Positions 59,356-64,000 of a stretch of DNA of 64,000 nucleotides are shown piece by piece. Every line of letters starts with the position of its first letter. Position 1 is the stretch's first letter. This stretch comes from Tubulanus polymorphus. Taxonomy: Eukaryota; Animalia; Nemertea. Where the stretch lies: positions 24,672,345 through 24,736,344 of the forward strand of contig NC_134028.1 in the NCBI RefSeq assembly GCF_964204645.1, in the 5' to 3' direction. Under the pieces are notes generated by a model. That model was not told where the DNA came from, searched no databases, and was given only the letters and a program-made list of their open reading frames with translations. A program made the position numbers and the translations under genes.

Positions 59356-61305
59356 CACTTTTCATTATTTCAATATGTTTATAATAACTTCACCTGTACC
59401 ACCATACTACGTTTTTCGTAAAAAATTGGAGAGCTTTGTCGTCAGGCATTTTCACCGAACGCATTTTCGATTATCGATATCATAAGCCGTAAAAATATGA
59501 CAAGCTAAAAACGGATCTTATTAGTGAACCATCCGTAAAATTCTTCTATCTATTAGCTCCGGATTTCAAACGTGATGATTTCGAACGGATGTTATGAAAT
59601 TGCCATATTAAATAGTTAAATATTCAAAATTGTATTTTTATCTGTAAAATACTATATTCAAGTGATAGACATGGTTGTGATAGACATTAATATGAATTCA
59701 TGAATTTATTTCAGCTACTCGTAGAGTTGCTAAGATGAGAACATTCTCCAAATACTGGGCTTATCGTAAAAACCCATGCCACAAAGCAATTTTCTGGGCA
59801 ATTTTCTGGTACATATTTTAGGTATTCGCATTTTTTTTAAAGATTGAATAACGCCCAATGAAATAAACTAGACAATATTTAGACAATACCAAATACGTTA
59901 CTTTCTACCGGTATTCGAATTCGTTGTTCTTCTTTCTTTTAGACTGAATATCGCTCAATAAAATGAATTCGGTGCATCGTTCAAGCTACAATGTTGGACG
60001 AAACAGATTTTGCTGAGTGATCCTGTCAATTTAGTGTGAATGGGAAGTTTATACTGATTTCCGGGCCGCGACGACAAATAGGGCTTAGAGTTTTCAGAAT
60101 CGGCTTTGATATATTCGAATGTAGATTGTTAATAGTTTTGTTGCTGTTTATAATTATAGTTATTGCGTTCAGTCTTCCGAGTAAAGAACGCCATTCATAT
60201 TCACGATGGGATATTGGACCATTCTGGACATGCTGTAACATTCGACTCAAACAACAGTTCATTCTTTCGGGCCATTCTATATTTCTAAAACAGTGCCGTG
60301 CATATCGCGGGAAGGGGAGGGCAACTGCAGAACATAACCGAACTTTTTGGAAATATTATTGTCATCCAATAAAAATGTTATGTAGAATCCTTCATTTGAG
60401 ACTGACAAGCATTTTGTTATAGACCTAACGGAGTCGTTGAAAGAATGCTAAGAACGACCTTGCGAACTCGTAGAAAAAAACACAAAACCTACATTCAGAA
60501 TTATGATACGGGACTGACTTCCGAATTTGCGAAATCAGGGCGGTCAAGTTTAAGCGTGGTTAATTCTGGAGGTCTTCGTAGGGGCCGGTTAGACCTATAT
60601 TATTCGTATTGATGTCGCTACCAATTAGCTAACGAGTTTATTCAGACGATTAGAACTATTAATTCCGGGAGAGTTAATTTTAATCGTCAGAGAGAGAGTC
60701 GCATGGTAAGATTATCTCTGAGCGTTGCTATAGTGCTGTTTGCTTTATATAGATTTTCTCCTACACCGGCACATACCCGACAAACCGCCGGCGCGCGATC
60801 GTTTTCCCGCCAAAACAAATATTTGCCCGCGAGCTCCAAGGAATCGACGAATTGAAATTTTCTATATTTTGTTCGATTAAAAGGATTTTGGAGCCTAATG
60901 TCAAATAATTCACTTCTTTAGTTTACTTAAGTTTTTAATAATTTCAATCGTTATACACTTTTTCTTTTTCTTAGTACAAATGATTGCATGAATAGTTGAA
61001 AAATGATTTTTCCTTTTCATTTTCATTTCAAAATTTTCCAAAAGCCTCAACAATTTCTAAAAACTTTTAACCAACGGCGAATAAGGTTAAATGATTATGG
61101 TAGAGATTATCTAGGGGATTATCGTTGGATTTAATCCGGTTTCGTCAGTTGTATAGACTGTTATATATGTTACTGGATTTTGTCACGGTTCAGTGATTTC
61201 CACCTGTAGCACGTCAGACATTTCAGAACGTATATAATGATAACAGTACCAGTATATTACAACCAGTAAAACCCGTGTGTGTAGCGGCTTGAATTGGCAC
61301 AATTC

Positions 61306-61789
61306 ATGCGGCAAGTCACCGAGTTGTCAGGGACAACATTGACTACCAGCACGTCAACTAAATCAAGTTCGCCAGTCGGTGTTACCGCGTATCAAACTTC
61401 AAAAAACGGGCCCAAAACCGGGGCAAACATGGCCCAAGTTGGCGTAGCTTCGCGCCCGAATACGGGAATGAGTACATCTAGTAAAAAATTGTTGCTGCCG
61501 CAAATCGAGCATCCGCTATCGCGAATGTCGAATCCGGAAAATTTAGGAATACGCGGAACGTCTCGAGGCGGGGATAGAGCGCTGTCTAGATCGCAGTCTT
61601 TGATGGGTAATATTCGTCCGTTAGCCTCGGAGAGGGCTTACCCGGTCAGACGGTCTATCAGTCAGGCCGGTGGTAGACACTCGGTACTCAGTCAGAGCGC
61701 TCCTATCCATCCTCTACGCGCTGATGCGATTCCGGAAGGAATTGAGGTCAAGCATGGAGATCCCTGCACGACGAGACTCCCTATTTTTG
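61306..61789 (+). CDS. Probable coding exon of an unidentified gene (Ser/Arg-rich, likely disordered N-terminus); continuation not found in window
   Basis: GC-richer open frame (MRQVTELSG..MAQVGVASRPNTG..LLLPQIEHP..RLPIF) in an AT-rich background, ending in a strong G|GTAAGT donor at 61790. No recognisable domain. Confidence 0.5.
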
Positions 61790-64000
61790 GTAAGTGTTCA
61801 TTCGATTGCTTTATAGCTAGTTTCGTAAAGAAGTAAATGTATATTTACACGTTAATTCTCTTGTATTTTCTTTTTTGAAATTTGTCGATTTTTGTTACTA
61901 TATCAACGATATAAAATGTAACGATATTCTATTAATTGTATTGAGAATTCTTCAACGAGAAAAAGATATCTCACATGTTAGGAGAAAACCCAATGAATAG
62001 AAATTTAAGAAATCAAAAACTAAATTCAGCTATCAAAAGTTAAAAAAGGTGTGATGCACCTGACGATCAATCTAGAGAGTTCGAAACGTCGTGTCTTTCA
62101 AGTTTTAGATTTTAACTTTTTGACAAATGAATTTCGTTTTTAATCTATTCAATTCCTGTAGAGTTAGTTATTCTACACATTTGAGTAAACGGGATTGTTT
62201 TTCTATTCCGACATGGCGCCAATGAATATCTTCATTTACAGAATTGTTGATTGTCCTGCGATTACACCAAATCAATTGATGCGAAAATATATATATATAT
62301 CGACTTTCGACTTGCTGGGGAACAGCTAATTTTTCTTTTAAACATCGTACACGTTATAAAGATGAGGTCAAACATAAAATCGTCTATAGAAAATCACAAA
62401 GAACAAGTGCATTTCATTATTTGAGTATCAGGTTTTATTCAGTATAGCATTCTTAGTGTTTTATTGTACGCGTATGATTACGGTGTTTTATACCTGTTTG
62501 ACTGAAAAACTACATTTCCAGCGATTTTTTACCTATTTAGATATACATTATGTATGTTTATATACATCGCATTGCACGCAATACGACTCTGAACATGATT
62601 TCAGAGAACGAGTCTTCAGCGCATCCAAAAGCAAATTAACCATTTCAAAGCGGTTCCCTATTCTTGACCAGAATTTACTCAACAGTTGGTTAAAAGTACT
62701 TATTAAAGTGAAAAATGCATTTTTTATGGCCACTATGTCAGGTTTCCACTCGTTTACCACTTTTTTAGTATCATAGCCCAAGGACATTTCTTTCAGAAGG
62801 GAGACACTCCTATAACCGTGTACTAAACTTCGTCCAAACATACGTTTTCGGCACACGTACTTGGTTTCAACCAATACATATGGTTACATTTGTCTGTATT
62901 ACCTAATATGCCAGGATGGTTGAACGAAATCATGAAAGAATTTATATTCAATGCCCGACCATGTTTTGTCAGACTTTTTCGATATGTTTTCTAAATATAT
63001 AGTTATAAGATAGTTGTTACATCAGATATTCTGCACAGTTGGTGTTTATAGATTTCAGACTCAGCGATATCGACCAATCTTTTACAGTATTCATCGGGCT
63101 AAATCGAAGTTTTATGTCTCAATCAGGACTTTCTTTACTACATTTATATTCTGACACATCTAGGTGAATGGAGTGGCAAGGTTTGCCGTTAATTGCTGAA
63201 AGAATCACCCGTCTCCAAAGGGCCGATTTAGGTTAACCATAAAAACGACGGTCAAGGTCGCACATCTCCTTCTTCGTCAACCTTACTGTACCAAGAAGCT
63301 TCCATCTAACATGAACTGATTAAAAATGTTTCCAAATATAGGAACCGATAACGGCTAATGCAATGACTGAGTTTGCAAGTCTGTAGACGTCTGCCGCTGA
63401 AGTTCGCTGTTGACAGCTAATAATCCGTGGCTATGGCAATAATCAATTATTATATTAAAATCTCTCACAGGTGAAATTGTCCAATCGCCCATAAAGATAA
63501 ATTGATCTAATTTGATATAGCAACAAAGCAACATTCGGAAATCTCATTATAATACAATGTGGTCACTATAGACCTTTGCAAACACTCATTATTAATGTCC
63601 ATTAACTTTGATAATATCCTATACGTGTAATTGATATACTAGAATCCATGGCCGTGTATAGCATTTGGAAGTTCGGGGTGGGGCAAAAAACCCAAAAGGG
63701 CAGTTCAACGCCGATATAACGATTCTTCTTATAGGCCCTAACAACAAACAACATGCATATAACAATGCTTGATCAGTCCCAAGTAAAAGAATTTCAATAC
63801 GGACATATTTTTAGAAAAAGCCCGGCACAAGGAGAGGCAAAAAGGGCACTTTAACCACAATTCTTAAACCGATCACATTGGGCCCAGGGACTTCGAATCT
63901 GATTCAGGTTTCTGTCTGGGAAGTACTCGGTCGAACAAGGTTCCTAGGTACACGTGTGTTAAATAGACAGTCATTTATCATCCATCTTGAGGCATACAAT

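Noticed and set aside
60026-60422. Overlapping 128-aa and 78-aa ORFs
   Set aside because: No recognisable domain or splice-supported structure.
62456-62874. 106-aa and 108-aa ORFs
   Set aside because: No homology recognisable by eye; may be decayed TE sequence, but I cannot support that.

Overview
Intron-rich genomic DNA from an invertebrate bilaterian, probably a spiralian (inferred). I read the genes exon by exon, checking GT-AG boundaries and phase. (1) The 3' part of an ANKHD1/ANKRD17 (Mask) ankyrin-KH gene lies on + (1-19424) and has a 10.3-kb intron. (2) A complete 14-exon USP39/Sad1 gene lies on - (21301-41974). Its 15.9-kb first intron is almost entirely a head-to-tail ~7.9-kb tandem duplication. 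Each unit carries an antisense-nested, 3-exon, ~1940-aa GRL101-like receptor (signal peptide-CUB-like x several-CTLD-LDLa-LRR-7TM). The two receptors are ~98% identical at the protein level except for one hypervariable CUB domain, and copy 2 has a GT>GC donor change. (3) A C2orf68/UPF0561 homolog on + (42259-43983) sits head-to-head with USP39, as in human. (4) A complete 18-exon PIWI gene of the PIWIL2/Ago3 clade lies on - (49274-58127), with a 5'-truncated LINE just upstream. (5) One probable coding exon of an unidentified gene lies at ~61.3-61.8 kb. There are also many MITE-like elements, a 545-bp foldback, a 37-bp TIR-only micro-element and a degenerate hammerhead-like motif.
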